From positions 36,003-86,096 of the forward strand of contig CAZIWW010000001.1 in assembly GCA_964543275.1 (NCBI GenBank): DNA of 50,094 nucleotides, given 5' to 3'. Below the pieces are notes generated by a model. That model saw nothing but the letters and a program-made list of their open reading frames with translations, was not told the DNA's origin and searched no databases. The position numbers and the translations under genes were made by a program. Positions 26,540-34,003 of the stretch are shown here, in pieces. This DNA comes from an uncultured Bdellovibrionales bacterium. GTDB taxonomy: Bacteria; Patescibacteriota; Minisyncoccia; Moranbacterales; UBA11712. Each line of letters opens with the position of its first letter. Position 1 is the first letter of the stretch.

Positions 26540-26554
26540 GAGATATAAAACGCT

Positions 26555-27109
26555 ATGAATAATCCAGGCTTAAAATTTATCAGTCCCACTCGAGGCCAGC
26601 TTAGCTTCAACTTAGTGCTGGAAGATATTTTTGATTTTATTAACGAGAATCCAAGGGATAAATATAAATTAATCATAGGAACCGACGCGGCGGGCAATCA
26701 CACTTTAACTGAAGCAAAGCGTGGGGAAATGAGTAACGGCATTGCTAGAAAAAGTAATGGGCAAGTAGAATTCATTAGCGCGTTGATTGTTTATAGAATA
26801 GGGAAAGGCGGGAGATATTATTGGAAAAGAAGTTTGCTGGATGATATAGTTAGTCTTCGCCAGAAAATTTATGCAGAGACGGTGCTTTCTATTGAACTGG
26901 CTCAAATGTTTTTGGAGGAGTTTGGTAAGATTTTCAGTCTGGGGGAAAATGCCAAATACGATTTTGAAATTCACCTAGATGTGGGAGAGAACGGCGAGAG
27001 CAGAAATGTAATCCGCGAAGTGGTGGGAATGGTAGCGGGAAACGGCTTTACCGCTAAAACTAAACCGGAGAGTTTTGGAGCGGCGAAGGTGGCGGATCGA
27101 CACACCTAG
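26555..27109 (+). CDS. YkuK-like ribonuclease H-like protein (DUF458)
   Basis: FISPTRGQLSF..., IIGTDA, ALIVYRIGKGGRYYW, EIHLDVGENGESR and KPESFGAAKVADR follow the DUF458 pattern as recalled. Confidence 0.6.
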   Translation: MNNPGLKFISPTRGQLSFNLVLEDIFDFINENPRDKYKLIIGTDAAGNHTLTEAKRGEMSNGIARKSNGQVEFISALIVYRIGKGGRYYWKRSLLDDIVSLRQKIYAETVLSIELAQMFLEEFGKIFSLGENAKYDFEIHLDVGENGESRNVIREVVGMVAGNGFTAKTKPESFGAAKVADRHT

Positions 27110-27112
27110 ATG

Positions 27113-27246
27113 TAAACTCAAAATTCAAAACTCAAAACTCAAAACTTTGGAACTCGCTTCGCTTGCGATTGAACTTAGAAAGTTTCATGCGCGAAGCGCA
27201 TACCTTAGCTTTGAGGTTTGAACTTTCAGTTTTGAGCTTCCAAAAG
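27113..27246. repeat. Hairpin element, AAACTCAAAAC family, with a GC-rich core
   Basis: Left arm TAAACTCAAAATTCAAAACTCAAAACTCAAAACTTTGG pairs with right arm CCTTAGCTTTGAGGTTTGAACTTTCAGTTTTGAGCTTCCAAAAG. Core palindrome ATGCGC-GAA-GCGCAT at 27187-27201. Confidence 0.6.
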
Positions 27247-27316
27247 TGGATAACCTGTGAGTAACTTTGGCAGTAGGTGGCTTATTTAAGCCATTTTTTA
27301 TTTTTATTATTAAGTG

Positions 27317-27345
27317 TTGACTAATGTTTCTAGGTGGGTTAAAAT
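27317..27345 (+). promoter_or_regulatory. dcw (mraZ) promoter candidate
   Basis: TTGACT (27317-27322), 17-nt spacer, TAAAAT (27340-27345). Confidence 0.55.
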
Positions 27346-27404
27346 TTAGCTACAGTGTTAGAAAGTGGATAGAAGTGGGGATAACTGAAAGGAATTGTGG
27401 ATAA
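27334..27404 (+). promoter_or_regulatory. Array of phased GTGG(G) direct repeats; candidate MraZ operator
   Basis: GTGGG at 27334, GTGG at 27365, GTGGGG at 27375 and GTGG at 27397, giving spacings of 31, 10 and 22 nt. Further copies at 27246 and 27277. Confidence 0.5.
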
Positions 27405-27427
27405 ATCGACACTGCTCACGGCACTTG

Positions 27428-27524
27428 CTCTACGAATTACGAATCTCATACGAATATACGAACACAATTTTTTTCGTAATTCGTATATTCGTAGAGCGTC
27501 AGCGCGTTCGTAATTCGTAGAGAG
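27428..27524. repeat. TACGAAT-family hairpin element in the mraZ leader
   Basis: CTCTACGAATTACGAATCTCATACGAATATACGAA (27428-27462) pairs with TTCGTAATTCGTATATTCGTAGAG (27473-27496) and TTCGTAATTCGTAGAGAG (27507-27524). Confidence 0.7.
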
Positions 27525-27531
27525 TAACTAA

Positions 27532-27966
27532 ATGTTCATCGGCGAGTATTCACATACCATAGATCCTAAAAAAAGAGTGGCTATTCCGTCCAAGTTTCGG
27601 GATGATTTTAAAGGTAGGGCGGTTATAACTAGGGGACTGGACAAATGTTTGTTTGTCTATCCGCTTCAAACTTGGGAAGATTTATCCTCTAAATTGGGAA
27701 GTCTTCCAATGGGCGAAGCAGGAACAAGAAGTTTCGTAAGATTGATGCTGGCTGGAGCGGTGGATGTTGACATCGATAAAATGGGAAGGATTCTAGTTCC
27801 GGATTATCTAAAGGAATACGCCGGGCTTGGCAAAGAAGTGGTAATAGCCGGTCTATATAATCGTTTGGAAATCTGGGACGATAAGAAATGGAAGTCGTAT
27901 AAAAAGGATGCTGAAAAAAACACGGATGAGATTGCCGAGCAGTTGGGGAAACTGGGAGTGTATTAG
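27532..27966 (+). CDS. mraZ: Transcriptional regulator MraZ
   Basis: MFIGEYSHTIDPKKRVAIPSKFR ... ITRGLDKCLFVYP; duplicated SpoVT/AbrB-like halves; first gene of the dcw cluster. Confidence 0.9.
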   Translation: MFIGEYSHTIDPKKRVAIPSKFRDDFKGRAVITRGLDKCLFVYPLQTWEDLSSKLGSLPMGEAGTRSFVRLMLAGAVDVDIDKMGRILVPDYLKEYAGLGKEVVIAGLYNRLEIWDDKKWKSYKKDAEKNTDEIAEQLGKLGVY

Positions 27967-27969
27967 TGT

Positions 27970-28090
27970 AAATGTCAAATTAAAAATTTAAAAGCTCAAA
28001 TGTCAAATCAAATCCAAAATTCGAAGATAAAAAATTTAGTCGTTTGAATTTTGGATTTAGTTTGGCGTTTGGATTTTGAAATTTGGATTT
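27970..28090. repeat. Hairpin element, AAATCCAAA family, between mraZ and rsmH
   Basis: ...CAAATCAAATCCAAAATTCGAAG pairs with CGTTTGAATTTTGGATTTAG...GGATTTTGAAATTTGGATTT. There is a 13-nt exact complement, AAATCCAAAATTC. Confidence 0.6.
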
Positions 28091-28098
28091 ATAGCAGT

Positions 28099-29034
28099 AT
28101 GGTTCACAAGTCAGTATTGCTAGGGGAGGCAATTGAAAATTTAAACCTTAAGCGGGGAGATATCGTGATAGACGGGACGCTGGGTAGCGGTGGGCATATG
28201 GTTGAAATTCTAAAAAGAGTAATGCCTGGAGGAAAATTAATCGGTATCGACTGGGACGAAAGAGCGATTTTAAAATTCAAGAAAAGACTGCGGGAGGATG
28301 ATATCCTTATTCCAAAAAGAGATCTGATTTTAGTGAACGACAATTACGCGAATATAGATAGCATTCTTAGGGGGCTCGGTGTAAAAACTGCGGACGCTGT
28401 TTTATTGGATTTAGGATTCAGCTCTGATCAAATTGAAAACGCTGAAAGGGGATTTAGTTTTCTGAAGGATGGGAATTTGGATATGCGCTATTCTCCTGAA
28501 ACGCAAAGTCGAACGGCCGCTAACGTAGTTAATGATTATTCCCAAGAGGAATTAAAAGATATTTTTCAAAGATTTGGCGAAGAGAGATTTTCCGGCAGGA
28601 TTGCCAGAGCTATAGTTGAGTCTCGCAGAGCCAAGCCTATTAAAAGAACTTTAGAGTTAGTTGAAGTAATTAGACGGGCGATTCCTAAAAAGTTTGCGAG
28701 AGGCAGAATTCATCCGGCCACGCGGGTTTTCCAGGCTTTAAGAATTGAGGTAAACCGGGAGCTTGAGAATTTAGAGAAATTTCTCGACGAAGTTTTAAAT
28801 AATCTGACTAGCGGGGGGAGGTTAGTCATTATCAGCTTTCATTCGCTGGAAGACAGAGTAGTTAAAAATTTTTTTAAGGCGAATAAAGATCGGTTAAAAA
28901 TTGTAACTAAAAAGCCGATTGCTCCTTCGCGGGAGGAAATTGCATACAATCCGAGAAGCAGAAGCGCGAAGTTGAGAGCGGCGGAGAGGATCTCTACGAA
29001 TTACGAATCAAGTACGAATATACGAATAAACTGA
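28099..29034 (+). CDS. rsmH: 16S rRNA (cytosine1402-N4)-methyltransferase RsmH
   Basis: MVHKSVLLGEAIE..DGTLGSGGH..., HSLEDR and RSRSAKLRAAE. Start moved to ATG 28099. The last 14 codons are encoded by a TACGAAT repeat arm. Confidence 0.9.
   Translation: MVHKSVLLGEAIENLNLKRGDIVIDGTLGSGGHMVEILKRVMPGGKLIGIDWDERAILKFKKRLREDDILIPKRDLILVNDNYANIDSILRGLGVKTADAVLLDLGFSSDQIENAERGFSFLKDGNLDMRYSPETQSRTAANVVNDYSQEELKDIFQRFGEERFSGRIARAIVESRRAKPIKRTLELVEVIRRAIPKKFARGRIHPATRVFQALRIEVNRELENLEKFLDEVLNNLTSGGRLVIISFHSLEDRVVKNFFKANKDRLKIVTKKPIAPSREEIAYNPRSRSAKLRAAERISTNYESSTNIRIN
28992..29027. repeat. TACGAAT-family left arm inside the rsmH 3' end
   Basis: CTCTACGAATTACGAATCAAGTACGAATATACGAAT. A degenerate partner, ATTCGTTCATCGTATTGATCCGTAATTCGCG, lies near 29078-29108. 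Confidence 0.65.
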
Positions 29035-29154
29035 CTGGAAGCTTCGTTTTATTTAAGGATTATATCGTGGGAGCCCTATTCGTTCATCGTATTGATCCGT
29101 AATTCGCGCAGAAAAAAACATAAAAACAAAATTAACCTAGGGGGCTCGAAGAAG

Positions 29155-29517
29155 ATGAGCCGATTTCTAACTATCACCAGCTCCAATTCCGTAAATTTTG
29201 GCGAAAGAAAAAAAACTATCAAGAACCGTCGCATCAAGATAGGCAATGTTACTATCAGCTTTTTACTGGTGGTTTTAATTTGCTCTCTAGGCGTTTATTA
29301 TATCTTTCAAGTAAATAATTTAGCCACTAAGGGTTACGAAATACGGGAATTAGAGAAACAACTTCAAGTACTTAGGAATAAAAATGAAGAGCTGAAGATT
29401 CAATCAGCCGAGCTTAAGTCAATGTATAGAATAGAAGAGAAGACGCGAGAGCTCAACATGGCGGCTCCAAAAAACGTGAGCTATATCAATTTGCCGGGAC
29501 CAGTGGCATTGAAGTAA
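29155..29517 (+). CDS. FtsL-like cell-division protein (TM plus coiled coil)
   Basis: Position between rsmH and ftsI. Start at ATG 29155, following AGGGGG. One TM (VTISFLLVVLICSLGVYYIF), then a heptad-rich segment. Confidence 0.5.
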   Translation: MSRFLTITSSNSVNFGERKKTIKNRRIKIGNVTISFLLVVLICSLGVYYIFQVNNLATKGYEIRELEKQLQVLRNKNEELKIQSAELKSMYRIEEKTRELNMAAPKNVSYINLPGPVALK

Positions 29518-29712
29518 TTTAGATTGTCTGCTGATTATCCCGCTATAGCGGGACCCCGCCGCGGCGGTGGCGAATCTTTTACGAATATACGAATCTTGCT
29601 TCAAGATAAAGGCTTTGTTATATAATTCTGTTTTTTCTAGATCTGTATGTTCATACTTAATTCGCCTGCTTGTCGGCAGGAAGGTAATTCATAGACAATC
29701 TATTTGCAATGA

Positions 29713-31638
29713 ATGGCGGGAAGATTAAAAAGCGCAAATTTTTCGAAATCTAATTGCCGAAGCAAAAGACACTCCGCCAAAGACGGCTGGAGGATTTATT
29801 CTATAGTTGTCTTTATTTTTTTGATAGTTGGCGCGATTTTCTTCAGGTTGTACACCTTGCAGATTCTGGCTTACGGGTATTACACGGAGCTGGCCTCTAA
29901 TCAGCACAAGATTTACGAAAGTCTAATTCCAAGAAGAGGCGAGATTTTTGTTAAGGACGGAGAGGGATATTATCCTGTGGCGGTGAACAAAGAATTGGCA
30001 TTGGCCTTTGCGGTTCCTAGGGAAATTGAAGATCCTAGAAGCGCGGCTCGGGAAATTTCTGCTGTGCTGGAGCTTGACGAAGAAGAGCTTGTAAAAAAGC
30101 TAGGCAAGTCGGATGAATGGTACAGAGTTATCAAGCACAAAGTTTCTAATGACAAGGTCAAAGAGCTTAAAAACAAGGAAATAAAAGGATTATATTTTTC
30201 TCCCGAGTCGGAAAGATGTTATCCGGCTGGAGCTTTTGCTTCTCAAGTGCTAGGTTTTGTTGGTTCGGACGGAAAAGAATCCAGAGGGCGTTACGGGATT
30301 GAAGCCTATTGGGACAAGGAGCTTCGAGGCCGCGAAGGAAGACTGGAGCAGGAGCGGGACACTGGAGGCCGATGGATATCTATAAGTGAAAAGAAAATAT
30401 ATCCGGCGGAGAACGGAGCCGACATATACCTTACTCTTGATCACACTATTCAATATCGAGCCGAAATGGCTATTAAAAAGTCGGTGGAAAAGCACGGGGC
30501 GGATAGCGGGAGCATCGTCATTATGGAGCCTTACAGCGGAGCTGTTCTGGCTATGGCTAGCTATCCCGCTTTTAATCCCAACGAATTTTCCAAAGTTGAA
30601 GATATGTCGCTTTTTAAAAATCCAGTGGTGAGCGGAACTTATGAATGTGGATCGGTCTTCAAACCAATAACTATGTCCGGTGGAATTGATTCCAAAGTAG
30701 TTACTCCCGATACAACTTACGTGGATACCGGAAGTGTGCGTGAAGCTGGCTATACTATTAAAAATTCTGACTGTAAGGCGCATGGAACGCAAACTATGAC
30801 TCAAGTTTTAGAGGAGTCGCTTAACACTGGAGCTATCTTTGTGGAAAAGCTTTTGGGGAACCGGCGGTTTTACGAGTATGTTAAAAATTTTGGCTTTGGA
30901 GAAAAAACTGACATTGATACCATTGGTGAAGTTAGCGGGGATATAACGGCGCTTAAAAGCTTGAAAAATATAAACGCTTTTACAGCTTCCTTTGGCCAGG
31001 GAATTGCCATGACGCCGCTTCAATTAGTGAATGCGTTTGCGGTAATAGCTAACGGTGGTAAATTAATGAAGCCTTATTTGGTTGAGAAGCTGGTTTACGA
31101 CGACGGAAGCGAAAAGGTCAATGTCCCGATTGAGAAGAGGAGAGTTATTTCCAAAGAGGCCTCTATTGATCTGGCTACTATGCTGGTAAGCGTTGTCGAG
31201 AACGGTCACGGAAAAAGAGCTGGAGTGCCCGGCTATCTGGTGGCTGGGAAAACCGGAACAGCTCAAATTCCCAGGAAAGACGGAGCTGGATACGAGGAGG
31301 GGGCTCACATCGGCTCCTTCGCCGGTTTTGCTCCGGCTTATGATCCTAGGTTTGTGATGCTTGTAAAGGTTGACAATCCAAAGGATGTGGAATGGGCCGA
31401 GTCCAGCGCGGCGCCTGTTTTTGGAGAGATGACTAAATTCCTGCTGGATTATTTTGGCGTTGAGCCAACCGAGGAATACACTCAAGCGGATGTCGATCTT
31501 TTCAATAGAACTCACGACGTTTCAATTTACAGCCTGGAAAAAGAAGAGGAGCAGGCTCAACCGCAACCGGTCCCGGAGAAAGATAATAAGGATAAGAAGA
31601 AGAAAAGAAATAAAGATAAAAAGAAGAAAAAACAGTGA
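29713..31638 (+). CDS. ftsI: Penicillin-binding transpeptidase FtsI/PBP2-like
   Basis: N-terminal TM. SxxK (GSVFKP), SxN (ESLNTG) and KTG (GKTGTAQ) motifs. Lys-rich C-terminal tail. Confidence 0.85.
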   Translation: MAGRLKSANFSKSNCRSKRHSAKDGWRIYSIVVFIFLIVGAIFFRLYTLQILAYGYYTELASNQHKIYESLIPRRGEIFVKDGEGYYPVAVNKELALAFAVPREIEDPRSAAREISAVLELDEEELVKKLGKSDEWYRVIKHKVSNDKVKELKNKEIKGLYFSPESERCYPAGAFASQVLGFVGSDGKESRGRYGIEAYWDKELRGREGRLEQERDTGGRWISISEKKIYPAENGADIYLTLDHTIQYRAEMAIKKSVEKHGADSGSIVIMEPYSGAVLAMASYPAFNPNEFSKVEDMSLFKNPVVSGTYECGSVFKPITMSGGIDSKVVTPDTTYVDTGSVREAGYTIKNSDCKAHGTQTMTQVLEESLNTGAIFVEKLLGNRRFYEYVKNFGFGEKTDIDTIGEVSGDITALKSLKNINAFTASFGQGIAMTPLQLVNAFAVIANGGKLMKPYLVEKLVYDDGSEKVNVPIEKRRVISKEASIDLATMLVSVVENGHGKRAGVPGYLVAGKTGTAQIPRKDGAGYEEGAHIGSFAGFAPAYDPRFVMLVKVDNPKDVEWAESSAAPVFGEMTKFLLDYFGVEPTEEYTQADVDLFNRTHDVSIYSLEKEEEQAQPQPVPEKDNKDKKKKRNKDKKKKKQ

Positions 31639-31645
31639 ACTGTGT

Positions 31646-31753
31646 CTAAAATCCGAAATCCGAATTTCAAAATCCAAAACAAATCCAAATGATTAAAATC
31701 CAAAATTAGAAACAGTTTTAGTAATTTGAATTTCGATATTGTTTTAAATTTCG
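31646..31753. repeat. Imperfect hairpin element, AAATCCGAA/AAATCCAAA family
   Basis: CTAAAATCCGAAATCCGAATTTCAAAATCCAAAACAAATCCAAATG... pairs with GTTTTAGTAATTTGAATTTCGATATTGTTTTAAATTTCG. Confidence 0.45.
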
Positions 31754-31777
31754 TGCTGAATTACAAGTTTTATTGTT

Positions 31778-33094
31778 ATGAAATCTAAAAAAATTATCAT
31801 TCTAGAAAAAATTCTTAGAGCCTTGTCGGAAAGGGCTATCCAGAAATTCAAGCCTCGCATTGTCGGCGTGACCGGTTCGGTTGGCAAAACTTCTACTAAG
31901 GAAGCTATTTTTACCGTGTTGGCTTCGAAATACCGCGTGAGGCAGAGTGAGAAAAATTATAATAATGAAATTGGACTGCCTCTGGCTATCTTGGGCCTCG
32001 AAAGCGGCAAGGGAAGTTTTTGGAGGTGGATGCTTGTTTTAATTCAAGCTGTTAAAGTAATTTTATTTACTCGAGCCAAGGATTATCCCGAAGTGTTGGT
32101 GTTGGAAATGGGAGCTGATCGGCCGGGTGATATTAAGTATCTAGTTGATTTTATTCGCCCGGAAGTTGGAGTGGTAACCGCGGTTGGCGTCAGCCACTTG
32201 GAGTTTTTTAAGGATAAAAAACATATTGCTAGAGAAAAAAGCGTTTTGGTGAAAGTTCTTAGGAAAGATGGACTGGCAGTTCTTAATTGGGATGATGAGG
32301 AGACAAGAGCGATGGCCGATTCGATTAAAGCTAAAAAAATATCCTATGGATTTTCGAGTGAAGCTGATGTTCAAGCATCCGACATATTTTTTGGTTACGA
32401 AAGGTCTAAGGGTTATTACGGAGATGATATTAACAAGATAAAAGGAATTAGTTTCAAGTTGAGCTATGAGGGGACAACTATTCCGATAAGGCTTATTCGC
32501 TCGGTGGGCAGGCCCCAAATTTATGCGAGTCTCGCGGCGGCGGCTGTGGGAATTCATTTTGATATGAATCTTTTGGAGATTGCTGGGGCGCTCAAAGATT
32601 TTCAGGCGCCAGCGGGTCGGTTGAGTATCATTGACGGCATCAAAAATACCATCATTATTGAAGACAGCTATAACGCGGCGCCGCAGTCCACTTTGGCGGC
32701 TCTGGAAGTTTTGGAGAAAATTGAAGCTCGGCGAAAACTGGCAGCTTTGGGAGATATGCTGGAGCTGGGAGAAGATACCGAGTCGGGCCATCGGGAAGTA
32801 GGGAGAAAGTCGGCGGAAGTCGCCCAAGTCTTATTTACGGTTGGAGAAAAAGCTAAATTCATTTCCGACGAAGCTTTGAAAAAGGGAATGCCCAAAGAGA
32901 ATATTTTTGAATTTGAAAATTCCGACGAAGCCAAGAAAGTTATTCAAAGGGAATTAAAAGAAGGAGATATTATTCTGATTAAGGGTTCTCAAGCGGTGCG
33001 AATGGAAAAAATTTCAGAGGAAATAATGCGCTACCCGGAGCAAGCCGGAAAGTTATTGCCTCGACAGACGATGGAGTGGAAGAGCAAGTCATAG
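31778..33094 (+). CDS. murF: UDP-N-acetylmuramoyl-tripeptide--D-alanyl-D-alanine ligase
   Basis: VGVTGSVGKTSTKE P-loop, NYNNEIGLPLAIL and DSYNAAP are typical MurF motifs. Confidence 0.8.
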   Translation: MKSKKIIILEKILRALSERAIQKFKPRIVGVTGSVGKTSTKEAIFTVLASKYRVRQSEKNYNNEIGLPLAILGLESGKGSFWRWMLVLIQAVKVILFTRAKDYPEVLVLEMGADRPGDIKYLVDFIRPEVGVVTAVGVSHLEFFKDKKHIAREKSVLVKVLRKDGLAVLNWDDEETRAMADSIKAKKISYGFSSEADVQASDIFFGYERSKGYYGDDINKIKGISFKLSYEGTTIPIRLIRSVGRPQIYASLAAAAVGIHFDMNLLEIAGALKDFQAPAGRLSIIDGIKNTIIIEDSYNAAPQSTLAALEVLEKIEARRKLAALGDMLELGEDTESGHREVGRKSAEVAQVLFTVGEKAKFISDEALKKGMPKENIFEFENSDEAKKVIQRELKEGDIILIKGSQAVRMEKISEEIMRYPEQAGKLLPRQTMEWKSKS

Positions 33095-33207
33095 TGGAAA
33101 AGGTTATTGGCGGTAAGGCTTGTCACGAGTTATGAATTATGGGTTGAAAGCCTGTTTAGGCTTATATAAAGTAAATTTTGGCTGTGGATAATTCCTCATT
33201 TTGCCTA

Positions 33208-33236
33208 TTGACAAGAAATAGCTGGAGGAGTATAAG
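33208..33236 (+). promoter_or_regulatory. Strong promoter candidate with no recognisable downstream gene
   Basis: TTGACA (33208-33213), 17-nt spacer, TATAAG (33231-33236). TGTGGATAA lies at 33183-33191. Confidence 0.5.
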
Positions 33237-33513
33237 AGAATCAAGGGGTAAAATTAAATAAATTGAGTAAAAAGTGCTTACGGTTGAGGCAATTAATAAT
33301 AGGGGTTGGCCGCGAGTACTTTTACAAAAGCGATTATCGATTTTAGGGTGGTCGCTTTTTGTTTTTCTAAAGTGTCAGGCTCTTTAAAAACCTGTCTTTA
33401 TGATCCAAATTGTCGAGCTTTGAATGAAATTTTTTTGTTCAGGGCTTGGTAATTCTAAAAAATAAAAAAATAAAATTCCCAGGAGCAAGCCTGGGAGAAA
33501 GGATGGGAAAAAG

Positions 33514-33705
33514 ATGGAGGAGGAGAAGAAAGTTTCCACCTACACTGACTACACTGAAATGGTAGAGGCAATTTGCCGCCCGGATCGGTTGCGGGAGATC
33601 CGGGAGGAAGTGAAGGAAAACGGGAGGAGATTAGAGTATTTTTACGACCTCCTCCTGCAAAAGGCGAGGTTATACCTCGCCGAGGTGGAAAAGGATTTTT
33701 TTTAA
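33514..33705 (+). CDS. Hypothetical 63-aa acidic protein
   Basis: ATG preceded by GGGAGAAAGGA. Helix-prone sequence with no motif recognised. Overlapping ORFs in other frames look spurious. Confidence 0.3.
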   Translation: MEEEKKVSTYTDYTEMVEAICRPDRLREIREEVKENGRRLEYFYDLLLQKARLYLAEVEKDFF

Positions 33706-33916
33706 AAAGGAGGAAACCAAATTGCGACATCGAAAAAAAGCCTTTGCTCACAGGAAGCATCCAGAGCGGGGCTTTTTAAATTTGATGAGGGGCTTAGCAT
33801 CAAGCAAGCGCGTAAAAAGATATTCCGTAATATAGATTACGATTTGAATTATTATTGAGGATGGAAGTACAGGTTGTATTATTTTTTTTAGTTTTAGTTG
33901 GAATTAGCTGAAATTA

Positions 33917-33952
33917 AAATTGCCACGTTTTTATTGCGGTCGCATAAAAAAT
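33917..33952 (+). repeat. Direct repeat copy 1 flanking the PaaX-like gene
   Basis: AAAATTGCCACGTTTTTATTGCGGTCGCATAAAAAAT. Contains TTGCCA, a 17-nt spacer and CATAAA. Confidence 0.5.
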
Positions 33953-34003
33953 AGTGTAATATTTTAGCAGAACTTAGAAAGGGATTGTAAGTTCTGGCAG
34001 ACT

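Noticed and set aside
27246-27404. Chromosomal replication origin, based on DnaA-box-like sequences upstream of mraZ
   Set aside because: There is one perfect box and two one-mismatch ones, all containing the GTGG core expected for MraZ boxes and phased with them. No dnaA or dnaN gene and no AT-rich unwinding element lie adjacent. The other perfect boxes are scattered over 27 kb.
28051-29154. Extended starts for rsmH (28051) and the ftsL-like gene (29092)
   Set aside because: Both extensions are translations of hairpin repeat arms. ATG 28099 gives the conserved RsmH N-terminus, and ATG 29155 has an AGGGGG SD.
33455-33835. ORFs 33455-33760(-) and 33573-33779(+), and a 37-codon TTG ORF at 33722-33835 behind a perfect AAGGAGG
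   Set aside because: The first two overlap the more plausible 33514-33705 ORF and have Pro/Gly/Arg-rich odd compositions. The SD-TTG ORF is attractive, but it runs through a terminator-like hairpin and is too short to support without other evidence.
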